Assembly: GCA_973895155.1 (NCBI GenBank)
Contig: OZ316899.1
Span: forward strand, 2,379,573 to 2,443,572
DNA: 64,000 nt
Reading direction: 5' to 3'
Source: Marsupella aquatica
Lineage: Eukaryota > Plantae > Marchantiophyta
The translations under genes were made by a program, and so were the position numbers. Positions within the stretch are counted from its first letter, which is position 1. The number at the start of each line of letters is the position of its first letter. Below, piece after piece: positions 52,947-64,000 of the stretch. Under the pieces are notes generated by a model. That model ran no database searches and was not told the DNA's origin. It saw only the letters and a program-made list of their open reading frames with translations.

Positions 52947-54104
52947 TCAACAATCTGTCCAGTCTTGGCCAATCCCCATACATCCATGGACCGTCTGCTC
53001 GCCCCCAGCTGTGGTTTGTACTATCTCAGTGGACCGCAAGCTCACCAAGGGACAATCAGTAATTCCAGCAGAGCGCATCCGCAATTGTTCAGCTACTCTC
53101 AAGCTGATAATCCAAGTCAAACAATTCAGATCCATTGCTTGACCAAGAACCTGGAGCCGCAAACCCTCTGACACAGAGGCAACTGCAGTGGTACCAGTCA
53201 AAAATCCCATAGCACGCTCTCTCTCATCAGCAGTAGGTTCCACTAACTGTTGGAGAGTTGTGTCCCACACAAGTCCAAGGCCACCTGCTCTGAATGCATA
53301 TGAAGCAGAGTGGCTTACAAGAGTGGGTAATGCACAACGTGGGCGCCCAACTGCATTGACCACTGCCAATGGAGGTCTATCAGGTTGGGTCACACCCTGT
53401 GCACGACGCCCAGGATCCAAAATATCATCCACCACTAAGGCTGGTGAGCGTGGAATGTTGTCAAATGCGCGCTTCAGCATCTCACATGGGATCAAATTAG
53501 TCCACCACAAGCGTGGACGATGTGCACGAGAACCCACACGTGCAGCATCCAATAACACAACAGGTCCAATCCAAGACCTCACTTGGTGAACATTGGCAAC
53601 AATCCAACTACGATCATCACCTAACAATGGCACATTCTCCAAAATGTATGCTGGAGACTGTGTTTGATGTAGCTGGAGATGACGTAGCACCCGTAACATC
53701 TCCCAAAACAATGCAGAGCGTGGATCATGAAGTCCATGCCCAACGCCAGCTCTAGATTGGCCCTGACATGGCTAACCAGCAATCACCAAATCAATGGGGC
53801 CAACACGATGCAGATGATCCACCCCCAACAATGAAATATCAACAGGTAGTGCATGCTGATAACCACAAACAGCATCCACTGGCAGCAACTGTGGATATCT
53901 ATCCACCAACATAGCCATATGTCGCAATGAGACCCTCCGTGCTGTCTCATCTGTCTCCACATACAAATAACGACGCACGGGAATTCTTGCCTGAAGAACA
54001 ACAGCCAATCCAATGCTAATCCCACCAAAAAGATCCAACAAACAAATACCCTCCGGTGGATACTGCCAAGCAATAGGAGTGGTATCCAATGGTGAAAGAG
54101 TCAC
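52947..54104 (-). pseudogene. C5 cytosine DNA methyltransferase domain within Gypsy pol
   Basis: Motif I LLDLFGGIS, II VETD, IV IAG*PCQG (TAG for TGG at 53772-53774), VI ILENV, VIII RPRLWWTN, IX ERERAMGF, X LGQAM. Confidence 0.88.
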
Positions 54105-54959
54105 AGGTCCATCTGCAAGAGACTGCTTTGCTCCTGACTATGGTGTAAAAGCATGAAGCCATGCATCATGTACCAATCGTGCTGCTACCTATGGCAAGGC
54201 TTGTGCAGTGCCCCACACTGGTGGCACAACATTGCCAACAGGTAATCCTCGTATGATGTGCTCCTCATGAGACTCCTCCAATGGTGGAACATTTGCTGCA
54301 TGCGCATTACCCTCAATCAAATCATCAGGTCCAGCAATTACACCACTGAATGCTGCCAAAGACAATGGTGTGGATTTAGGGCCTCCCACAGGTCCACTAA
54401 ATCTCACTGGCAATTTGTTCAATCGAGCATCTCCTGACTGCCAATCAGGTCTATATGACACTAATTCCTCCAAAAAATCAAGAATAAATCCCATGGGGTA
54501 GAGCACTGTACATCTCACCAACACATCATATGACTTTGCTTAGTCATAATAGCTCGCGCTTGTATCTGTGAGCTATCTGTGGTATGACCTTCCTGAATCC
54601 TCAAATCAAGAGGTCTCTTGGTAATGTGCTGTGTAGGTGTAAGTCCCCCCAATGAAGTCTGAATGGGAAAGGGACAATCCTCCAAATCCTCTGGATGCAA
54701 TCCCAATCCACGTATGACAGACTTTCCCAACATCAAGGGCTGAGCACCAGTATCCAGTAACACCCTCTTTGGCTGGTATATTGCTCTAGAAGGCCCAACT
54801 AATCGGAAGATGCCACTCCGATTATCCAGTGATACAACACTAGGTTTAAACCTAGTCCTCTCAAATGCAGGGCGTGCTGGTAAATCCACCAACCTCGCTG
54901 CTGCTGCATGCCATGTCTCACTAGTAGCAGTAGGTGGCATGGTCTTCATTGCTTCAACA

Positions 54960-57900
54960 CTCAGAAAGAGCTGACCCACCATCGTGTTCCAATTTCATCA
55001 GTTGGTCAATCCACTCTCCATTGTCACTGAAATAGAACCTGTCCAGCCGGGATTGCACCATTTTGCCATTTATGTTCCTGCGCCAAGTAAAGCTCGCCCC
55101 GTCAACAGCTCCCTTAAAGATTATTGCATCTACCAGGTTAAATCTGACCTTGAAAAACCGCCAGAACTCTGCCTCTCGACCCTTAATTAGAGGGGAGTCC
55201 CCTGTAGAGTCTTTCCTCCGCTCTATCATATTAAAATCCCCGCAAATGATCCAGTTAGCCTGAGGCAATATCTGCTTGAGCTCGTTCCATAGTATTGTTC
55301 TTCGTCTAGGCAAATTAGGTGCATATACACTTAATATCCCAAAATTGCATTTTGCATATCTCACTAATGCCCATACTGCACGCTCGAGATCCACCATTCC
55401 CGACGCGATCAGTTGTACAGCCGGGTGTAAGAGTAAGGATGTTCCTCCGCGTCCCTCCTCAGGGGCCGAGGTGACACACCGGTATAGGGGCAATATTGCT
55501 CGCATAGCTACGTCCAATCTAAACTGATCTGCTTTGATTTCCTATAGTGCCAAAATATCCAGCCTTTCCTTTCGCGATTCTATCCAAATCTTAACAACAT
55601 TCTTCCTATTGGGCTCACACAGCCCACACACATTCCAAGAGGCGATCTTCAACATTCCACCCATGCTGTGTCCACCTCCCCACAATCCCCTAGCACTTAC
55701 AGCCAATTCCGGCACCCGAAGAAGTACTCGACCCAACACTCCAGCTCCTGCGGCTCCTGGGTGTCTCCGTTAGAAAATCCCCAATCTCCTCCATCAGGTG
55801 ATCCCCTACAGGTGACGCGGTGCCCACCAAATCACCCCCTCCACCAGCTCCCGGTGGGGTGGCAATATCCACTGTCATCCTCGCCCTCTCCTCCCCGGGT
55901 GAACACTAAAATGCCTTCCCTGAAACAGGTACAGACAAAAGTGAGAACTTAAGGGAGCGCTGTTTTTTTGCCTCTTGAGGTGCACAGTCCTTCTTAGCCA
56001 CTGGCGGTGTCCTCTTGTCCAGCTTCCTTGCTCTCTCTTTCCCTTTGCCGGAGACATACTCCTCATACTCAGACATATCCACATCAGTGTCCCCATGAAA
56101 CGAATATGCCTCCGCTTCCACCCCATCCTCATCGCTGTGCGTTTCAATCGAGTCTGCAATAGTCGATGCAGCCTTCCCGCTAGGTGCAAAGCTCCATGCC
56201 TCGGCATCTAGAATGCTAGGCAACAACACTTTGGTTGCCGGTTGTTCCGTTGTCAACACCCTGCTCAGGGCAGGTCGCAGCTCCTCTCCCCTGTCCCTCT
56301 GAGAGGCAATAGTCAAATTTTCTGCATTCCCCTTCCCACCTTGTTGATTGTCAGTGGAATCTAAGGCTGCTTCTTCTCGCATCAAAGCTTCAACAGCCAG
56401 TAAGTCCGCAGTTACCGTGTTGTCCTCCCTAGGGGCAGTCCTTCCCACTCCCATTTTGACCCGTAGATTCGAGGCTAATTGCCTCCTCAACACCTCTTTT
56501 GGGTCTCCCTTGGCTACCTCATCCAATTTGTCAGGAGTATCATCTGCCGCCTCCCCTTTGTTCTCTTGATCAGCTTCCGCCACTACGTCTCTTCCCTCTC
56601 GGCATTCCCGGGCAAGGTGCCCCTTCTTGTTACATTTGAAACAGTGAAAAGGAATGTTCTTGAATAGAATCGGTTGCCAAATTATTATATCCTCTCAAAT
56701 TTTGACTCTAGCACTTTGTGGCACCTCCCGTTCCGTATCCCACAGAATGCAGGCCCTATCATGCGGATAAGAGCTGTAGTCATCACCTTGACTGTAATGC
56801 AGCAGCTTCCCCAGTGATTCCGCAATCTTAATGCGACACCCCTCTAATACCAGCGCGCGGAACGGTAGCTCTATCCACCCCTGGAAACTTAGTGAATTTT
56901 GCAGACCTGATATCAAAGGAAGGATCCCAAGGAAAAGTAAATACTAATTTCCGTTCCAAAAACCAGGGGGCGGCCTCTAGGGCCAAATCACGATGGTCCG
57001 CATTTTCAAACACCACCATATAGAAACTTTTCCCTACAAATTTCACTTGCAATACCGGCCAATTGTGCTCCTCAATCATCCATTCTTCCACCCATGCCCA
57101 AAACGTTGGCAACATTGGGGTCCAGTCGGTGAAGTAACAGAGCATTGCACAATTGTACAGTTGCTTCACATTCCCCGTTGCCTCCTCAAGACTCCAGTCC
57201 ACCGTTGTGTACAACTTAGAGCTCCAGTCCCCCTTTTTGTTATCCGCAATCTCTTTTAATATATTGATGCATTTGTCCGACACTTCTTCCCTCTCAGGTC
57301 CTTCCCCTGCTTCAATGTCACTCCTGCTATAGAAACTCCTGGCTCAGCTGATTGTGATCCCTGGATAGGAGATTTTGCATCACGGATACGAACTTCAGCT
57401 CCCAATGTTCAAGCTGATGCCGCAGAACTCAGTTTGGTCGGCTCCACCCCCGGGCATAGTGATGCCCCAGCTGCACGCGTATCACCAGTCTCCTCTCGAA
57501 GTGCCCGGGGTTCTCCAAAATCCAATTGCCGCTTACGAGCACGCTCAGAGTTTGCATACAAATCAAAGGGCGGCTGAGCCACAAAGTAAGGCCGCCTGTT
57601 TGGCGCGTCCTACGCTCCCCTGCCCTGGGGTAGAGGCAAGCTTCGTGAATCCTGCCTACTGTACCTCCCATTTATCTCATTGTGCAATGTCATCTTACTG
57701 AAAATGCAGGAGCAATACCAAAGTAATAAGGGACAGTTGCCTCTCACCTCACGCCCCAAGCTTTCAGTGTGTTTTGTGGCCTGCGATCCTTGCTTAATCT
57801 TCCTCTTACCGTTTCCTCAGCTATTGCATTCTTTGTTTACACCTTCCAGCCTCGTCCCTTGGCCTTGCACTGTTCACCGACCACTTCCACTATGTCCGAT

Positions 57901-58250
57901 TCTCCCGATCCACCGCTGCAACCCTCTTGCTGATCTTCAGCCAGCCCTTACCCTATCTATTCCTTGCCCACGCTCTCTTGTTTTCTCTTAATCTGCTCTT
58001 ACTTGCCTCTGTGCTTCCATCTCTTCTCATCTTAATCCCTAATCCCTCCTCCCCGTTGGCTCTCCTATAGTTTTATCCGTTGGTTTCTCACTTTTCTGCT
58101 TTTCTTGTTACCCTGATACCAGAAGCAATGGTTTTCCCGTCTAATCCCACTTACTCCCAATCCCTAATCCACCTTTGCAAACCGTATACTCCCACTCCTT
58201 ACTCAAACCCTTAGTTTACACTCTCGTTCAAAAGAGCTTCCCCAAGTCAA
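54960..58250 (-). mobile_element. Second L1-type LINE, 3'-truncated (ORF1 with DUF4283 and CCHC; ORF2 endonuclease)
   Basis: 56828-57283 is DUF4283-like (FYMVVF...APWF). CFKCNKKGHLAREC near 56610-56650. Endonuclease SWNVCGL, VYAPN, GDFNM, SRLDRFY at 54960-55660. Confidence 0.88.
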
Positions 58251-58949
58251 TCTACAGAATCTAATCGCCTTCCACCCCCAACCCGATGACCCAGCAAGGC
58301 ACATCCCCAAATTAATGTTCCGCTGTCCGCCTAGGTCCTCAGTTCTCCTCAGTTCCGCTTCCTCAAATTTGCCTCTTGGCCTGCTCAAACCCCTGTATAT
58401 ACTTAGAGTTAACTCAATGCATAGTATTTGTTTGAATGAAATGATCTTTTTTGTTGAATGATTCTAGATCTTGTCATTAGAATAAATATTAGTTGGATGG
58501 AATATTTGATAGTACAATAATGCCCAGACCAGTACCTGTTCTCCTCTCCCTATTCCTTTCCTTATTAGAATTCATGTACTCCAAAAAGAGATAATGCGTC
58601 AGCATATGACTTTTCACTTTGGAGAAGTATTTGCAACTGCAGTGTTAAATTCAATAGAGCCACTTGTATACCCTTATGTAGTTTACGGGCAGGATTGGGC
58701 TTGCACAATTTTTATCTTGTATTGAGATGGATCTCAACAAACCTCCCTCCGATGAATCTCCCGTTTCTTTCTCGTTGGGAGATATTTGTTTTGTGACTCG
58801 ACCCAAGGTAGCTGCCAAGGAGGCAATAGTCCGTAGGTATGGAGAAAAGGGTTATGATGTTGTGCTTTCATCCACAGAACCATTCCTTGTGGTGTCTGCT
58901 ACCCAATCTAGAATAGTAATCATGATTTTAACTTAAGTTCTCTCTTGAC

Positions 58950-60115
58950 ACTAGCAGCCATAGGCCCGGTGCTTCCTCAAGGACCACATTTTCCCCCCAG
59001 ACACCGTGCTGTCTACCAGGGCTATGGTCTCTGGACAAGAGGAGGATGAGCATCCTCATCCTCTGAGCTGATGTTCACTACATTCACCACGGATTGTACC
59101 CAAACGAGTGGTGCAACTAGTGGTGGAGAGTGGCTTGAATGAGGCCAAGGCGGCGGTTGAAATAGTGCCAATGAGTTGGCTGCGGGTGTAGGTAGAGGCA
59201 ATGCCATAGGATTCAGAAGGTCGTAGGGAAAGCCGAGTGATGTGAGGATTGATGACTTGCCCGTATTTGGACTACCAAATTGGTAGTCAAGGAAAGACTG
59301 AACTTTGGCGGGTATATGGTTGAAGTGATGTTGTTGCAGGTCCATCGTGCTCGGGAACATGAAGACCTCATCCGGAAGTCAAAGGAGCGCTTCTCCAAAG
59401 CCAAGATACTTTGAACCGTTGAAGAAGAATTCGACGATCTCATTGTCTTGACAAAATTTTCTCTGAAAGGGAAGGTTGAGGTCATTGTTGTAGTGAGAAC
59501 GCCCGACCAAACGGATGAGTTGTTCGTACTCTCTTTCGGCTTTGTACCTGCGCGGGTTGAATTTGGCAAGCATTTTTGCCAGATGATTACCACTAGACAG
59601 AAATTGAACCCAAAAGCAAATGGCCAAAATGGACATAATTGTGACAGACATATGGTGAGGTGTGGTGGATAGTAAGGAAGGAACGAACGAGCTGGGATCA
59701 AAGCTGGCCCGAGTGAAGTGCCGATACTAAGCAAGGGAATGGCTTGCCTTTTATACCCTAGTGGGACGTTGGTCGATCGGCCCCTACCCCTTTCCGATAG
59801 GCTGAGTTCTTCACGCTTGCAGTGTACCGGCCACTCCGCAGGTCCAAATCAGGGCGTCTTAGAGAGCTGCTTCTTGATCCGTTATATGGACCCGAGGTAG
59901 ACGGCCATAACAAACTCATAACCCGGCGGTACGGGTGGCGCTCTGCTGCCAGCCCAAGCGTAAATGCTCTTTATTGAGTAATTTTGTCTTATTCATGATT
60001 ACTAACTATTTTAGTGTCGCTATGCTAATAACTACGGACTACTAAGTCCGTAGCGTGCATGCTCAGCATGGATTAGGCCGAATTACTCATTACTAGCCGT
60101 GCTGGCGGTGTCACA
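58950..60115 (-). mobile_element. Truncated 3' LTR, family C (homologous to family B, including the first ORF)
   Basis: Starts TGTGACACC right after the PPT. FFNGSKYLGFGEALL...MDLQQHHFNHIPA matches family B FFNGDKYIGFWEALL...IDLQRHHFDHIPA. The left boundary is approximate. Confidence 0.8.
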
Positions 60116-62215
60116 TAGCTCCCTACTTAATTGTGAAGCGTCCTCGCAAACATCACTATCGGCGGTATTGTCTTGATGATGGTACTTCTTGACACAATCA
60201 TAACTGACTCGTGTGGGGAGTAAATCGTCGGCGTACATCACGAGTTCCATAGATCCGTTTGGGAGTATTTGATTGACTAGGAAAGGTCCCAACCAGGGAG
60301 TTGCAGCTTCCCTAGAATTGCATGTACCGGCTGTCGTATAGGAGCACCAAATCCCCCGTCATGATGTCAATCTTCCGTAGTCCTTTGTCATGCTGATTCT
60401 TAGAAGCTGCCTACTGCTTTGCTGTGTGTCGGGCTGCGAGTACCCGGGCTTCCTCCAATGTTTCAATCTGATAAACTTTATCCAAAGAACTTTTGGCTTT
60501 GGGTAAGCAATCACGAATACTCACCCGCGGCGTGTGGATTTCAAACTCGACCGGAACTAGAGAGTGTTGCCCAAACACGAGGAAGTACGGAGTATGACTA
60601 GTGGTAGTCTTGTAGGCCAAGTTGTATGAGTATACAGCTGCATACAACTTGTCATTCCAATCCGTTTTGTGAGCGGCTACTGTTTTGTTGAGTATTTTTG
60701 ATGATCCCATTGGCTTGTTCGGTCAGTCCGTTGGCCTTAGGATGGTATGGGGTGGTCTTACGGTGTTTGACCAGGTACCATTCAGTAAGCCGTTCCACTG
60801 TCTTGTTGATGAAGTGTGTACCCCGGTCGCTGACTATCTCCAAGGGTGGCCCAAAGCGAGTGAATATATGTTTGTATAAGAACCTGGCACTGGTGGCCGC
60901 GTCATCTTTTACTGTAGCTTGGGCTTCAACCCACTTGGTCAAATAATCAATGGCCAGCAGGATGTACCTGCATCGCCACTGGCGAGTGACTGGTGTAAAC
61001 GGCCCAATGTAATTGATGCCCCATTTCTCAAACGATGCAAGCAAAAGTACAGAGGTGAGAGGGTGGTGGTGTGACTTCTGTGGGGCGGCAGCCCGCTGGC
61101 ACAAATCACATCCCTTAATGAATTGTTGTACATCCCGGTGGAGAGTGGGCCACCAGTACCCCAAATCCAGAATTTTGTGGGCAGTGGTGATGGCCGCAAA
61201 AGGGCCGCCCGCATCCTCCTCATGTAAGGCTTGCATCACAATGAGGGTCTCCTTGTATTTGAGGCAGCGCCGTAGCTTCCCATTGACGCCTTCTTTATGC
61301 AAGTGGACTTGGATCATCATGTACGGCCCGGCCTTGCGTAAAAATACTGTTGCGGCTTCTTGATTAATCCCGTCAGGGATTTTCCCAATCAGGAGGAAAG
61401 TAATGAGCGGTCCGTACCAGGTGGATGTGCACTCCCCTATATGGAACAACTCTTCATCTGGGAAGGTATCATTGATAGGCTGATCGATGGGTACACCATC
61501 CAGTCGTGAAAAGAAATCCGCATTAAGGTGTGCCTTCCTTGGCCAAACCCAAACTTTGTAGTTAAACTCTTGCAAGAGCAGAACCCATCTGGCTATCCGT
61601 CCCGTGACATCTGTTTTGTTCAGCATATACTTCAGGCTATCATGATCCGTGTGGAAAATAACTTTATAGCCGAGTAGATAATGCAAGAACTTCTTGCATG
61701 AATAGATAATCCCAAGAGCCTCTCGGTCCATAGGAGAGTAATTTTTCTCGGCTGCAAACAGCTAACGGCTGGCAAAGTAGATGGGGTGATTGCGACCGTG
61801 GTCATCTAGCTGGCTCAGAACGGACCCAATGCAAAATCCCGAGACATCGACGTACACATGGAACTCCTTATTCCAATCCAAGGTTACCATGATGGGTGTT
61901 GTGGTGAGTCAATGCCTGAGTTCCTCAAATGCTATGCGCCTTTGGGGTGTTTCTTTGATCACTACGTCTTTCTTCATCATCTCCGTCAATGGTAGCGCAA
62001 TCTTGGCAAAGTCTTTGATGAAGCAGCGATAGTAGCTTACGCACCCGAGGAACAATTGGACTGCTTTTTGATCGACGGGAAACACAGCCGCCATCCAGGC
62101 TGCCACCTTCTCCTAATCCACCTCTATACCCCATTTTGACACACGATGGCCGAGTGACACTCCTTCTTCTACCGCCAAAAAGCACTTGGCCGGATGAAAC
62201 TGTGACGCCGATGAC
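60116..62215 (-). mobile_element. Gypsy pol 3' half (RT end, RNase H, integrase with GPF motif, no chromodomain) and PPT
   Basis: FLGCVSYYRCFI, HTDHDSL, integrase HHCC, SDRGTHF, HPKANG, GPF. PPT TTAAGTAGGGAGCTA at 60116-60130. Confidence 0.88.
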
Positions 62216-62860
62216 ATGGTCCTTATTCTATGATCTGATTAAGTAGGCTGCTGTATGCAAGGAGTAGCTATTGATATTGCATAACAATTAGCAAGCTGGC
62301 AAGAATAAGGGCAATCATGGCGTTAAGAGTAGGGATAAAGGTATTTCAGCTTGAAGATTGCACAACCAAGGCAGACACAGTTGAGGTAGTCACTGTCAAG
62401 GCCACAAAAGAGAAATTGGGAAGAGAGGATCCAGCTCTTCAAGCATACCATCTTCTTGACAAGCAAGATGGAGCATGGAGGCTCTTCAAGACGCCGGTAC
62501 GGAGGTAGGTATGGTAATTCAAGGAAGCGAGTCTCCATAGCTGAATATGAATTGCGTGGTATGGTGATTGTTCTCATGATAAAATCTGAATGTCTTTGGG
62601 TGTGTAGCTTCATTTTGTTATTTGAGTTAGTGGTTCATAGTCTAGTCTTAGAAAGTTAGGGAAATAAAAGCTATATCGCGGGTGGTTGGTGACCATATCT
62701 CTTTCAATATGTCACCAAATCCAGATCTGTAAGAGCATTGGAAAGATCTGATCAAGGCGAGTAAAATCGATATAAAACACTCGAGAAACGGAGGTGTATT
62801 AAGAAAGATACAACCTGATTAGTGTGACGGGTTAACTTGTGGCCAAAATTAGCGGATTCG

Positions 62861-63260
62861 GTTCAGTTTCGGGTTAACCCAAGCTCGGCCACGGCTTAGC
62901 TCATGTGAACACAGCTTCAGCTTAGCTTAGGTTAGCACGGCTTCAGCTTAGCTCAGGTCAGCATAGCTTCAGCTTAGCTCAGGTCAGCACTGCTTCAACT
63001 TAGGCTTAACCCGGGTTAGATTGAACTTGGGTTAGCCTAAACTCGGTCTCAGGTTAGCATAGGCAAGCTCGGGTTCGGGCTCAGCTTAGCCTAGGTTAGC
63101 GGATAGTGGGTAGCGGCCTAACCTGAGACCACGGGTTAGCTCTACTCGGGTTAGATAGGATAGCTAGGTTAGCCAAACTCAGGTTAGCTCTACTCGGGTT
63201 AGATAGGATAGCTAGGTTAGCCAAACTCGGGTTAGCTATGTAACTCGGGTTAGCATAGCA
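62861..63260. repeat. GGTTAG/CTTAGC-rich composite tandem array
   Basis: About 3 x 26-bp units (ttcagcttagctcaggtcagca) and 2 x ~48-bp units (ggttagctctactcgggttagataggatagctaggttagccaaactc). Confidence 0.8.
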
Positions 63261-64000
63261 GTGAGTACCCCCTCTCGGTTGTGGGGGCATAACTTTCTCT
63301 ATATATACCCAAATCGGCTATAATTGACCTTGTTGGAAAGAGGAGCTCAAGCTGCTTCCAACTCTACTATCCACGCAGCAAATGGTTGAATAGAGAAATC
63401 GGGAGAGGAGGCGCAAGCTCGCAAAAACCATGGAGGAGGGCCAAATCCGAAGTACATAGCCAATTCGAGATAGAAATAAAGTTGCGAGTTAGGGTTCAGT
63501 AGTTAGAGATAGTGGCGGCTCTGTTAGGGCTGGGATGGGGCTCCAACAACGTAGTATCCACCCATTTGGGCTGAGTATGAGAGTATATAGAGCAGCCCCT
63601 GGTAGAGGCAAGGGGGGGGGAACTTCAGTTGTGTGACCTCACGTAGACTGAGCAGCAGGGAGGAGCTCTGTGCAAGGAAGGCTGGGCTTGGAAGTTGTGG
63701 GTTGGGGAGAGCTTGGTTGTGTTATTACTCAGGGAGTGATTAGTCACGCTTCACAGCAACAGTTGGCCAAGTTTGCAAGCTGGATTGTGGCTCTTTCTAG
63801 TAGGCAACACAACTGGGTTCTTTTCCCCCGATACAGAGCCTTGGTGATAGGTGATGTGTTGGTGATTGTAAAATGTGGGGAGGATTTCAATGTGATTTGC
63901 GGTGAGCACATTAGGGAGGCTGAGATACTGATTGAGGGGCAGCAGGAGGAGCATTTACAGTTTAGTCTAGCAAGGCTATGTGATCCATGGGGAGTCCCGG

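Larger units (their letters stand above)
49081..54960 (-). mobile_element. Gypsy retrotransposon, 5'-truncated: PR - DNMT - RT - RH - IN - PHD - PPT - 3' LTR
   Basis: LLDTGAQ (PR), DYRPIN/LDLRAGYHQL/IDDILVYS (RT), LHTDWS/TDHQPL (RH), HEELGHFG..C..C/LDFAGP/TDQGTEF (IN). PPT AGCTAGGGGGGCGAT then TGTGGG at 49262. The left LTR end is approximate. Confidence 0.85.

Noticed and set aside
52947-54104. Host DRM/DNMT3 gene or bacterial restriction-modification methylase
   Set aside because: Intronless, embedded between retroviral protease and RT on the same strand, and decayed along with the element.
62861-63260. Interstitial telomere
   Set aside because: No contiguous TTTAGGG or TTAGGG run.

Overview
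Eukaryotic DNA made almost entirely of nested transposable elements, with no intact host gene recognised. A non-seed land plant such as a bryophyte is inferred from the L1-type LINEs with DUF4283/zf-RVT, a Bianca-like Copia and an EDM2-like PHD. Three unusual systems stand out. (1) A ~14.9-kb DNA transposon (1857-16796; ~10.3 kb without a later insertion) has an 8-bp TSD (CCTTCCGT), bipartite TIRs, a decayed P-element-like DDE transposase and BRCT and EDM2-like PHD cargo. Removing it restores the reading frame of the LINE it interrupts. (2) A Gypsy lineage has 4.0-4.7-kb LTRs that themselves contain a long ORF (PMD-like domain plus coiled coil). The window holds three TSD-flanked solo LTRs, one pol-PPT-LTR junction and one LTR-gag junction. 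(3) A Gypsy element has domain order protease - C5 DNA methyltransferase - RT - RNase H - integrase - PHD finger. A full-length Bianca-like Copia (24621-41898) is part of a five-layer nest. Almost all ORFs are decayed. All domain calls are by-eye motif recognition, not database searches.
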